Positions 15,001 to 27,000 of a stretch of 64,000 nt of DNA are shown here, in pieces. A program made the translations under genes and the position numbers. This DNA comes from an uncultured Planctomycetia bacterium (GTDB lineage Bacteria > Omnitrophota > Gorgyraeia > Tantalellales > Tantalellaceae). The notes below the pieces were generated by a model that was given only the letters and a program-made list of their open reading frames with translations, did not search any database and was not told the DNA's origin. The DNA is taken from positions 13,953 to 77,952 of the forward strand of contig CAZMEZ010000002.1 of assembly GCA_964565425.1 (NCBI GenBank), written 5' to 3'. The first letter of the stretch is position 1, and the number at the start of each line of letters is the position of its first letter.

Positions 15001-18000
15001 TATCATGCCGCGGGCAGAGAACATGAATACCGCGCCGAAGAAAAGAAGAGGCTCGGCGATCTCGCGGACCTCAGCGTCCGGTACTGGGAAAGCGCCGCCA
15101 GGCATGAACAGCTCAGGCTCAAGCATGAGCTCGCGGTCAAGGCCTATAATGACGGGCTGGAGGAAAGAAAGGCCGGTCTTATGACCGAGAGCCAGATACG
15201 CGACCTGAGGAACTACCGGGACCAGATAAAAGGCGAGATGGACGCGGAAGCCGTCGAGATGGAAAAGATGGAAAAGCAGTTCAGGGTGCGTTTCGGCCTT
15301 GCCGCTCCCGACAGGAATTTCCTGAGGAACTTCGGTTCCACGCTCGCGCCGCTCGCGATCGATAAGATACTGGAGATGGTATCGAACGCCGGAAGTGACC
15401 TGGAATTCTCGCAGAATGACGAACTTCGCGCTCTCGAGGAATATATCAAGAGCAGCAGGGAAAAACAGAGCACCGCGCTTCACGCGCTTTCGAACATAAA
15501 GCTCGGCGTGCGTTTTCTCGACAGCGAGCTTACGACCGAGCCCGTGGACGCCTACATGCCGACGCTTACGTTCGTGTTGTACGGTTCGAACTGGACGTAT
15601 TCCCTGGAGAGAGCGCGCAGCGAGCACGTCCAGAATATTTACAACCTGGACCGGCGCCGGAAAGACCTCTTGGTGAGGTACGATACGAGGATAGCCGAAC
15701 TGGAATCGACGGCCGAGATGCTTAAGCTCGAGATGAAGAACCTCACGGACGTGAGCGGGAGCATGCAGCGGGAATACGAAGAGATAATGTCGGATTACAG
15801 GGCCCGGAGGATAAGCTTCCAGACGATGAAAACGCGTCTCCAGAACATAGACAGGAGCCGTTACGCGGCGAGCCTGGCGGCTTTTACGGGCGCTTATAAC
15901 AGGTTTATAACGATTGCGGGACAGCTCGGCGCGAAGATGCCCGAACTCGCGGCGGGAGCCGTAGCCGGTCCGGCGGAAGAGAAAAAAGAAGCCCCCAGGG
16001 CGGCAGAAAAGGCCGGTGAGCCCGTCTTTACGGCGGACAATATTCCGGCCAGATCCGAGTTCGAAAAGGGCATGAAGAGACGGACCGGATGGAGATGGGG
16101 CGATTACTGGGACAGCTACTGCGCCAGGCATAGCGAGGAGGAGATCAAGGTGTTCCTCAAGCGGCACGAACTTGAGCCTTCCCAGACCAACAAGGCGGGA
16201 TTCCGGGCCTTCCAGGAGGCGCTCGAGGAACTGTCCTCGAGGAGAGGGCATATCTTCGGTCCGGGCGGAGTTATCGAGCGGCTTTATGAACCGGGCCGCA
16301 TAGGAGACCTTTCGCTGATCGAACTGCCGCAGCTGCGCAAGGTCTACTGGGAAAGATTCTGGATAGTGCAGGAGAAGGCCGTGATACCGTTCCTGGAAAA
16401 GAAACTGAAATACAAGCCGGATACGGATAACGATTTTGCCCTGCTGATGGCCTGGACCGATCATGTAATGGGCAACGGCAGGGACGCGACGGAAATGAGG
16501 GTGTTCCTAAAGTCATCCATCGCCGAAGGCGATCTTGTCAACGCGGCTACCGCCAAATTGACGTCATTGAGCGAAGAGGATTACGGAAAGGTCGCGGCCA
16601 GGATGGCCGAAGAGGCGTTCCTGGTGACGGCCGACGAGCTTCAGGGCAGGGTCGAAACGATGGACACCGGCGTGGACAGTTTCAGGGAGCTCATGGCCTC
16701 GTTCCAGGAATGGACGGGCAGGTTCCTCGCCGAAGACATAAGATACGGCAACGAGGCCGACAGGTGGACGCTTTACCGCGTCGCGATACTCTCCCTCAGG
16801 GCCGGGGGCAGGGAGGAATTCCATCCGGACATGGCCCTAATGGAGCTTATAAAGAGCGTTTCCGGCGAGTTCTTCAACATAGAGCGGATGAAGGCGGAGG
16901 ACGCCATGAGGATGCCGGGCGCCGCAACGCTGAGGAAACTGTCGGACCTTATACACGAGCGCAAGGCCAGGGGAGAGGATACTACGGCCCTGGAAGTCGT
17001 CTTTAACGTGCACATGAGGGCCTTCAAGAGAGGGAAGAAGATAAACACGTGCTACGATTTCGCGAGATGGATAAGACGTGAGATCGACAATACCCAGAGG
17101 TGGCTGGACGAACATTACTCGGAATTGCCTAAGGAAAAGCGCCTCGAGCAGGCCATAAAGGACAGGGCCGCCAAAAAGGACTTTTATGTCCCGATGCTTA
17201 TCGTGTATCTTGCCGAAGCCAGGGCGGAAATACCCGGAATGGACGACCTGCTGAAGCCCGAGAACAGCAAGGTCCTGGAGAGCATGATGAAGTCCTATTT
17301 CGAGGACATGAAATACATACTGGACAACTACAGGGACTATTTCGCCGCCGGGGGGCATATAAGCGTTTATGATACGAATAACCCGGTCCTCCTGGAGGCG
17401 GCGAAGAAATGGGTGAGGTTCTACCGCGAGAACTTCGGCGCGAGGGACGAGTTCAAGGCGTTCATGGAAGGGCCGTACAGGGACCTGGTGACCAACGAGG
17501 ACGTCAAGGAATTCCTGCAGGAGGCCGCGGGCGTGGAGAACGTCGAAAGCCTCATGAGCGAGGACATGATGGTCCACGGCGGTTACCTGGCCAGGATACT
17601 CCAGAAGTACCATATCGACCCCAGGGACAAGAAAGCGGTCAGGAATTTCTGCGACCTGGCGCGCTACGTTTTCAAGGAGAACGAGTCGCTGGTCAAGTTC
17701 GAGGTGAGCGAGGGCAAGGAGACGATCAAGTATTTCATAGGCCTCGGCGAGATCATGGGGACGCTGGACTCGGTCGCCAGAAGGTCGTCCAGGACGCTCA
17801 CCGATGTCGTGAAGGACGACGCGCTGATGCCGGATATAAAGAAGCTTCTCAAGAAATACGGGTTCGAATACGTGGAGATATCGCGGCTGGTGAGACAGAC
17901 CGAAGGCCTGTTCAAAGGCAAACTGCCGTCGGGTGAAGTGGTGATGATAACGGCGCCTATAGTGGACGCGAAATTCAACGAAATAGGGACGTCGATATCG

Positions 18001-21000
18001 ATAAAGGACAGGGATAACAGGAACCTGGTCACGTTCACCAGGGTGCATGTCCAGGACAGGATACCCGAGGGTTACGCGAGAGATCTCCAGAAGAGGGAGA
18101 TCCTGGTTTACAGGATGGATTCGGCGTATCCGCAGGAGATCTTCCGCCTGCCCCGCGAGATCAAGGACGGCGACGCATTCACGCTGGACAGCCTGGTGGG
18201 CGCCTTCAAGATCGGTAACGTCACGTTCGAGGACGACGGAAAAGGCGGCAGGCTGATGGTCAAGACCTACCTGGAGGGTTACAGGGACGGCCAGAACAAT
18301 GTCGTGGTCAAGATAGGCCGGTCGGGTTACGGTAACACGGTATACGAAGAGAAGATAATCGGCGAGAAGAGGCAGAAAATATATTACGAGTATTATCCGA
18401 ACGGCAGCCTCAAAAGCGTGAGGTACGAGGGTATAGCTTACAGGCCGGATTCGTTCGCGGACAGGAAGGCTTATCTTTTCGCCGAGCAGCACGGTTTTAT
18501 AGTGTACACGGAATACGAGCCTTCGGGCGATCCGCTGGTGAACGGGGCGCCCGGAATGATAAGGTTCGGGGACGGGACGGTCTCCCTGTACGAGAACGGG
18601 CACGTAAAACGGATAGTTTTCGGCAGGCCCCACAGGCCGATCGATGATCCCGTTGATCACGCGTTCGCCGAGCAGCACGGTTTCATCACCGAAAAGGTCT
18701 ATGACGGTTCGGCGGAGGAAAAGGATGTCCTGACCAGGTACAAGGACGGTTCCGAGCGAAGATACGCCACGGCCGATAACCTGGCCGCGGTCAGGGATGA
18801 ACGGCGCGGGATAATGACGGCCAGGGCCGTTGATCCAATAGCGCCCGGCAACCTCGTGGAAGCGGTTTTCGGCGAGAACCCGCACGCTTTTACGAGGCGC
18901 GACGACGTCCTGAAGGCGATGGAACCGCTGCGTTCGGAGGAGAAAGGCGAACAGTTCTTCAGGATAAGGGGCGAGCAGGGCAGAAGGTACTGGACGCGCA
19001 TCAGGGAACTTCTCGCGAAAATAGAACTTACCCTCCGGGAGAAAGAATATACGGATGAAAGCCGCGAGACGGTAAAGGCCTTTATAGACGAACTCGAGGA
19101 CCTCCAGTCCGTGCTTAACGATGATCACCTGGAAAAGTTGCTCCTGCTGCTTAAGGATTATCATTTCGCGAAGGCCCACGGGTTCATCAAACGTGTAGTG
19201 TACGAAGGCACCCGCCTGGACGAAAGATCCAACGGCGGACGGCCCCTGAGGATAGAATACGCGGACGGGACCTGGATAAGGTTCGATTACAGCGCCCGCC
19301 CCGGAGACCTTAACGCGATAGAGAAGGATATATACGCGAATAACGCGAACTGTTACCTCAAGGTCGTCAGGGAAAAGGGCAAGGAAGAGATCAGGTATAT
19401 ATACATAAGCAAGGACCCGCGTCATCTCAGGGACGACCATCTTATTTATGTGGGATACGTCGACCCGTTCATCGATAGCCGCTTCGCCAAAGTGCACGGC
19501 GGAGTGACGGCCATCATTTATGACGGCTCCTCCAAGAACGGCGGGAATATACTGAAGAAATACTATAAGGACGGGTCGCGCGAGGAGTTCGAGTACAAGC
19601 CGCTCGGGATGTACACTAAGACCCTTTACGAGATGACCTACGTCAAGGGGATAAAGAGGGAAGTGAAGAAGGTTTTCGAATATGACGCCAAAGACCGCCT
19701 GGTCAGGATAATCTATTACAGTAAGGACGAACAGAATATCGAGGATTACAGGGACGAGTTCTATTATGACAAGGGTTACATTTTCGCCCACAGGGGGATA
19801 GGAAGACCGATACCCGGCAACATTATAGTGATCGAGACCGGTGATACCGGCGTGCCGGCGGAGAACGGCAGGATAAGCGTTTATACGGACAGCCGCGTCA
19901 GCATAAAGAACGCGGAAGCGTTCAAGGAGGCAGGCCGTCCGCAGTTCGTGTTCGATTTCAACCAGGCGATAGAGGATCTCGCGGCGCGGGGCGGGCTTAA
20001 CGGGATATTGACGGACCGGGACAAAGCCCATGACGGGGCCATATGGGGCCGGGATCCTTCCGGATCGCGCATGCTGGAAAAAGCGGTATGGCACGAGGAC
20101 GTCCTCGGGACACTGTCCACGATACTTTCCGAAGAAAGGTTTGACAGCGTGTTCGGCCGGATATCCGGCGTATGGGAAGCCGCTGTTTTAAGGGACGGCA
20201 GGTGGGCGCTTGAATACAAGAATGACAAGCAGAAGATAGCTTCGCACAAGCTTGTCGCCGACGGCATATACGCCGAGATGGCGAAGTTCCAGTCCGTCCT
20301 GGAGGATCTCGAGGGTAAAGGCGAACGGATGGACCATTTCAGGTTCGAGTGCTGGCAGAGGATACTGGTCCTCAAGATAAAAGCGTGGGAACGCCTTGCT
20401 TACAGGGAACTCGTGCTCGAGGCCGAAAAGCCGGGAACATGGATGGACGAAAGGACCGGGGTCAGGTGGTTCAGGAACGTAGTGCTTTCCTTCAGCCGGA
20501 GGAACGGCTGGGATATAGTGTACGAAGCGGTATCCGGGGTAAAGGACGCTGAGGTGACACGGGTCCGGACGGTGAACGTGGACGGCGAAGAAAGACCGGC
20601 GGAGAACGAGATAGAAAATATGAGGATAGGAGGAGAGGAACACACCATAACCGTGGACATGGAAAGAGCCGGCACGCTGGATATGAGCCGCGCTTCTCTC
20701 AGGTTCCTCGTGAACACGAATAAAGGCGCGTGGCCCGAGATCTCCATAACGGCGGTCGACGGGGAAGGGCGCGAAAGGACAATGAACGTTCCGGCCGATA
20801 TAGTGAAGCCGGAAGACCACAGGGATTACCAGATCGTGGAATTCACGCCCGCGCCCGGCAACATGAGCGATTACACGGGCGATGAGGATTTTGACGCCTC
20901 CGGCGTGAGGTCCATCAGTATAGTTTTCAAGAAGACCAGCGCGAAGGGAGAGATCGGCATCCGCGATATAACGATAGAAAGACAGGGGCCGGCCGTAGAC

Positions 21001-24000
21001 GCCAAAAAGGCGGCGGGATCCGTGGATGTCAAGGTAAGCAGGGACGAATGGACAGCCGCCTATGACATGGACGGTTACATGTATTACGACCTGAGCGAGC
21101 GGGGAGAGTCGATAAACAGAGAGGGCGCCGCTATAAGGATCGAAGCCGCCCTGCCGAAGAAACTCGCGCGTCCCGGCACGATAGCGCGCGTCGAACTTAT
21201 CGATAGCCAGGGCAGGCCCAGGAGCGTCAATGTAAAGGTCGGCGCGGACAACGTCATAAGGGCCGAGATCGAAGCGGTATCCAGGAGCGATTTTGATCCG
21301 GGAAAAATACTCATGCTCAGGGTGAAGACCGATCTCGCCCAACAGGCGGCCAGGCCTTCGATCCTGGGCAAGCTGCTGGTGGGTCTGGCACTCCTTCTGC
21401 TGCCGGCGTATATATTCCGCAAGAAACTCGATGAATGGCTCAGGAAAAAAGTGTATCCGCGCTTTTCGAAAGACAAGAAGGACCCGGGCGAAAAGGTCAT
21501 AACGCACGCGAAAGTAAATAAATATATACGCGAACACCTGCCGGCGGTCCTCAAGGAGGCGAAGACCCCCGAAGAAACGCTCAGGGTCCTGGAGGAGCAT
21601 TATGAAGTATTGGCCAGTCAGAAGTACAGCCATGGCCGAAAGCACATAAGCGCGCGTTTCATACCGATAAAGGGACTTTTCAGGGAGACCGGCATCCAGG
21701 CCCATATAGGGCTGGGACGCGTCTATGGCGAACCGATAGTTTATATCGACGATTCCGGGATAAGCTACGAAAATATTCGCGAACATGAGTTCTACGAGAT
21801 CATGAAATGGGAAGAGAAGCGTCGGGAGCTCGGTCTTTCGCGCGCCCAGATGAGGATATGGATACTCGATAATATCGCGGAAGCCCGCGAATTCGGGCTT
21901 AAGATACACAATGAGAGCCAAGAACAGAACGCCGTGGCGCAAAAGGTGTCGGATGTCATATCTTACGGGAAGGACGTAGATTTTATCATAGCGGCCGGGC
22001 CGGACGGTGACGAGAGCGCGGACAAGGGCGCATCGCCGAAAAAGGAAAGGGCGCCGGCGAAAGGCGAAGCGCTCTCCAAGCGGGACGCGGTCCTGAACGC
22101 GGGATCCAAGGAGGCGGCGCTCAAAGCCATAGGCGTTCCCGAGAATCACTTCCATAAGAGGGATATTTCCCGCTTGCTCCGGGACAAGCAGGAGGTTGGC
22201 AAGAAAGGACGCGAGCACGGCATAACGCTCCGCGAGCTGCAGGAAAGGATAATCTTTATAAACGACGAGCTCGGCATAGATATACTTAACGGCACAGGTC
22301 TTACGCTTCTTAACAGGCCCATAAGCACCCTCAAGCAGAAGGCCGAGATCATAAGGGCCAATGACGATCTTCCGTCGGAATATCAACTGAAGATGACGAT
22401 CAAAAGAATGACGACCAGCCCCGAGAAACTGAGGGCCGAAATACAGGCCCTGCGCGACAAATACGGCATGGAACATCCTGCCGCGGAAAAAGAAGAAGTT
22501 GCGCCGGCGGATGACGAGGAAAAACCGTTGGTCTGGGCTTCGGAGTTCGAGAAACAGATGGCCGAAGGCGAAGAGGCCCGCGGCTCGGAAGAACCCGCGG
22601 AAGAGCCTGCCGAAGAACCGGCGGAACCCGCTGAAAAGATGACCAGGGAAGAGGCCCTGGAGACACTCGCCGGCGCGGTGGAGACCGTGAACCGCGCTAT
22701 CGGTAAGATGAAGGCCGTCCTGGACGCGGTGGAATGGAGAGAGGCAGAGGTTCATAAGGGATCGGACGAGACCGCGGAGGAAATAGAGGACGACAAGGCC
22801 GAGACGCTCAGGTATCTATGCGACAGCGTGGAAAAGGAGGTCCGTGAACTTCTGGAGCCGCGCAATAATAAGGAAGTGGCAGGCGAGCTCGAAGAATCCG
22901 AAAAGAAGATAAAGGCCGCGGCCGCCGTCCTGGGCGAAGAGGACCCCCGAGTGATAAAAGCCGTCGAACGGCTGGACCTGGCGCTCGGGAAGAATGATTC
23001 GCTGAAGAACCTTATCGAAAACCTTCTTGAATCCATCAGCCGGGTCAGGGCGCTCAGGGGCCTTGACGATACGGAAAAACGCAGGGCGGAAGAAGAGTTC
23101 TCCGGAAAGGCCAACGAGGCGATAGGCGCCCTCGACGGCCTGATCGACGAGCTCCAGGCGATAATAAGGTCCGCCGGTGACGAAGACGGGAATGTGGACG
23201 AGGTGATGGCGGGTCTGCCGGAAGAGGCCACTGATCAGGATATCCTGAACGCTCTTTCGGGCAGGCTCAATGATATAGAAAAGAGGGTAAATGGCCTTTC
23301 GGACGGGAACGGCGCCTGCAGGGCCGATATAGACGGGATAGGCGCCCTGCTTGACGGGATGAAAGCGGACTGGGAAGGGCATGACCTTTTCAGGGAGGCC
23401 GTGGAGAAGCTCGGCAAGGCGCGTGAACACGACCGGTCGGCCGGCGAGAACATACAAAATGTCCTCGAGAAAATAGAAGCCGGCCGCCTGCGCATAGCGG
23501 AAGAGATACTGCGCGCCGCCGAAAGGCGCGAAAATGCCCGGAAGAGGGACGCGTTCCGCGAAGACATGGAAGGCAGGATCGGCAGGCTGGACGAGATGAT
23601 CGAAGAGATAAGGGGTATTGCCGAAACGGCTATAGAGAAGGAATCCGCGGTCAAGGACATGGTGGACGGGCTTGAAGAGAAAGAGCTTACGGAAAGCGGG
23701 ATCCACGCCATCATAAAGCGGGTCGCGACAGCGGATGCCGATGTGAAACGCCTCAAAGAAAGGAACGGCGCGCTCGCCGGCGAACTTAAAGGCATAGAGG
23801 GCGGGCTAAAGGCGCTCGAAGCTTCCGAATTCGCGGATGACGATACGTTCAAACTCGCGAAGGATAGACTCGAGGACGCCCGCAGTTACAGCCGCACCGC
23901 CGAAGAGGAAGCGCGGCAGGCGCTGGAGACCATCGAAGCGGCCCTAAAACGCCTTACCGACGAGCTTCTCAGGGCGACGGGCAGACGCGAAAAAGCCGAG

Positions 24001-27000
24001 AGAGAGGTTGCCGAAGAGAACGAACGGACGTTCCTGGAGAGGATCAACGCCGATATCGGCAATCTTGACGGGATACTGGATGAGATTGAAAGCATCATCT
24101 CGGAAGCGGAAGGGAGAAAGTCCGATGTGGAAAATATCATGGCAGGTATCCCCGAAGAAGGCCTGGACAGGGACGGGGTAAGGGAAGTGTCAAGCCGCCT
24201 GACGGCCGTGGAAAGGAACGTGAACACCATCAGCCGCAGGAACGATATCCTCGGCCGGGACATAAACGGGATAGGCGAAAGATTGAAAGGGATGGAGGAT
24301 ACCGAATGGGCGGAACATGGTTCCTTCAAAGAGGCGACAGGGAAGCTTGCCGCCGCAAGAGAAAAGAACGCCATTGCCGTTGAACGCATCGAAGAGGTCC
24401 TCGGCATGATAAGGGATGCCAGGGTGACGCGCCTGGCGGATGAACTGCGCAGGGCGGTCGAGAGGGAAGAGGCGGACAAAGAGGACGAAGGCCTGCTGCC
24501 CGAGATGGCCCCGGAGATCGAAGATATACTTGCCGTGGGCGAAGAGCCCGAAAAGGTGGAGCCTGAGATAATCGGTCCGGAGGAGACGGAAGAAACGGAA
24601 GAAGCGCCCGAAGAACCCGCGGAACCGGCGTCGGAAGGACCCGGAGAACCCGGAGAACCGGGCGATGTTGAATTGGCCGGGGAGCCGGAAGAGCCCGAAA
24701 CGCCCGAAACGCCCGCGGAGAGATTCGAAAGAGAGATCAGGGAAGCGGAAGATATAATGAAGAAACTCCGCGCGATGGCGGGGCCGATCAACGGGTGGCT
24801 TAAGGGTCTTGGCGTGGACTTCATGACCAAGGAAGCGGAAGAGACCCTTGAGAAGGATAAGGAGATCTTCATGCCGAGACTGAGGTTCCTCGAGGCATGG
24901 GTCTTCTTCGACACCAAGAAGGCTACGAAGTATCCTTTGACCAATCTGGTGAGGTCCGTCGTGCTCGTCGCTCTTATGGGGGCGTCGCTTATGGCTCCCA
25001 ACGTCGCGGGCCTTATAAATGTTTTTCCTTACGTAGCCATGGCGGTGATCATGTTTTTAAGCCTGAAGACCGCGAGGGAAAAAGCGGGGTATGGGTTCCT
25101 TTCCGGCGGTATTATTTTCCTCGCGCAGCAGTTATTGTCTCTTGTGGTACCCATGGGAGCCGTGAGCCTGGGTCTTCTTGCCGTTATACTATTCTTTTAC
25201 AGCGCGTTTCCGGTTGGCAAGTATCTATTGGCCATATCCGGCACGGATAAGCACGGTAACGGGCAGCCGTATAACTACCTGAGGAACCAGGTGGGGCAGA
25301 TCAAGAAAGCGGACATGATACTCAGGGATATCCAGGAAAAGATACAGGACAGGCCGGAACTCAGGGACTGGGTCTGGGATGACGAAAGGCCTATCCGTTC
25401 GAGAGATATACGCCCCAAAGACGAGGTTTTGCAGCAAACAGTAGACGGCAGGTATTTCGAAGGAGGCATCACCGGGAAGACCGAAACATTCGGCAATGTC
25501 ATCTACGCGGCAAGAGAAGAGCTCAGGGAATTAATAGAAAAGGGAGAAGAAGAGCTCGAAACAAGACGACCGGTCAACGTGGTCAGCAAGGTGCTGATGA
25601 TCACATCCGTATTGGGACTGGCCGTAACGGGTCTTGTCATGTGGTCGCTGGGCCTTTTTGCCTTTACCCCGGCCGCTATTTTCGCTGCCCTGTCCGGCAT
25701 AATGGCCGTTCTCATAACAAGCGCCTTTATCTCAAGGAGCGTACTGGGCGGTAAATTGCTCATTGACATACCGGCTAACATGAAATGTCTCAACAGGAGC
25801 AGTTCGACGGCGATGCTGCGCCAGGTCTTCAGGGCGCGCCCGGACGCCGAGGGTAAGCTGGGCAAGCAGCTCAAGATATGGGATATCTGGAGGCACCTGA
25901 CCCAGTTGGCCGCCAACAAGAGCGTTTCCGTGCTTGAAGGAAAGACAAGGGAAGAGGTCAACGCCAAGTTCGCCAGGGGCATGGAAGACCTGGTGGATTC
26001 GGCCATAGCGCGCGGCGATAAGGACAGCATGGGCCTTACCAAAGCGGAAGGCATATTGCCCAAGATCAAAATGATCGGGGGAACGGTCCTTTTCCTCACC
26101 ATAGTGATGGGATTAGCGTACGCGGCAAGCGTAGCGCTTTTTGCCGGGTCCGCCTGGATATATAACCTGCTTGCCTTCGGTAAAGACCTTACGTGGGGAG
26201 AACTTTTCAGGCATCCTTTTGCCGTGGTAAAAATGGCGCAGAACCTCCCGTGGCTGACCGTGCTTCTCAAGACGGCGCTCTTTGCCGGTCCGGGCGCCGT
26301 GCTGATGTACATGGGCGGACACCTCAGAGGCGATGCCGTCGGCAGGATATTAAAGAATATCGGGCTTATCGGCGTTATCGCCGGGGCTGTAGCGGGCGTA
26401 TCGCAGGTAATGGCGGTCATACCTTTCGCGACGGTGGGCATGGCGGTGGCGCAGTTCGTGGTCGGCAGCGTTATATTCGGGAGTCTCTGGATATTCGCCC
26501 TGAAATTCATGGCCTATTACATAGGTGTTTACACGAAACTGCATCCCGACGAAAAGAAGGTAAGCGTGTGGGACGTCGTCAAGAACGCCGGCGCCGCCGC
26601 GGTCTCCATGGGGCTGTTGGTGATAGTTCCCAGGGTGGCCGGCGTAGGCATCGGTTCATTGCTGGCCCAGGTCCTGAACACCGCTTTCTGGGGCACCAGC
26701 CTGGGGATGGCGCTGAACGTGGCTCTTGTGTTCGCGGCCGCGTATTTCGCCGTAAAAACAGCGGCGATGCTGATCGCGAGGAACAGGTTCAAGAGCATAA
26801 GCGTCGAGAATAAGCTCAAGAAGGAAAGATCCGCGGCCGCGATCCCGGAGACGTTCATCTGCGGCCACAGGTATACCCATGAAGAACTTGACGTTATAGT
26901 GAAGGCCAACCGTGTCGGGAAAGAGGGCCTCGAGCAGCATGAAAGGATGATGTACGAGGGCATGATGGGGCAGGGGGATACGCCTTCGGGAACGGAATAT

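Noticed and set aside
16837-20094. 1,085-aa minus-strand ORF and the many other long antisense ORFs (e.g. 20188-22755, 5089-6972, 11044-12801)
   Set aside because: They lie wholly opposite giant + strand genes with recognisable motifs, and I recognised no motifs in them. They are explained by the rarity of in-frame TTA/CTA/TCA codons on the coding strand.
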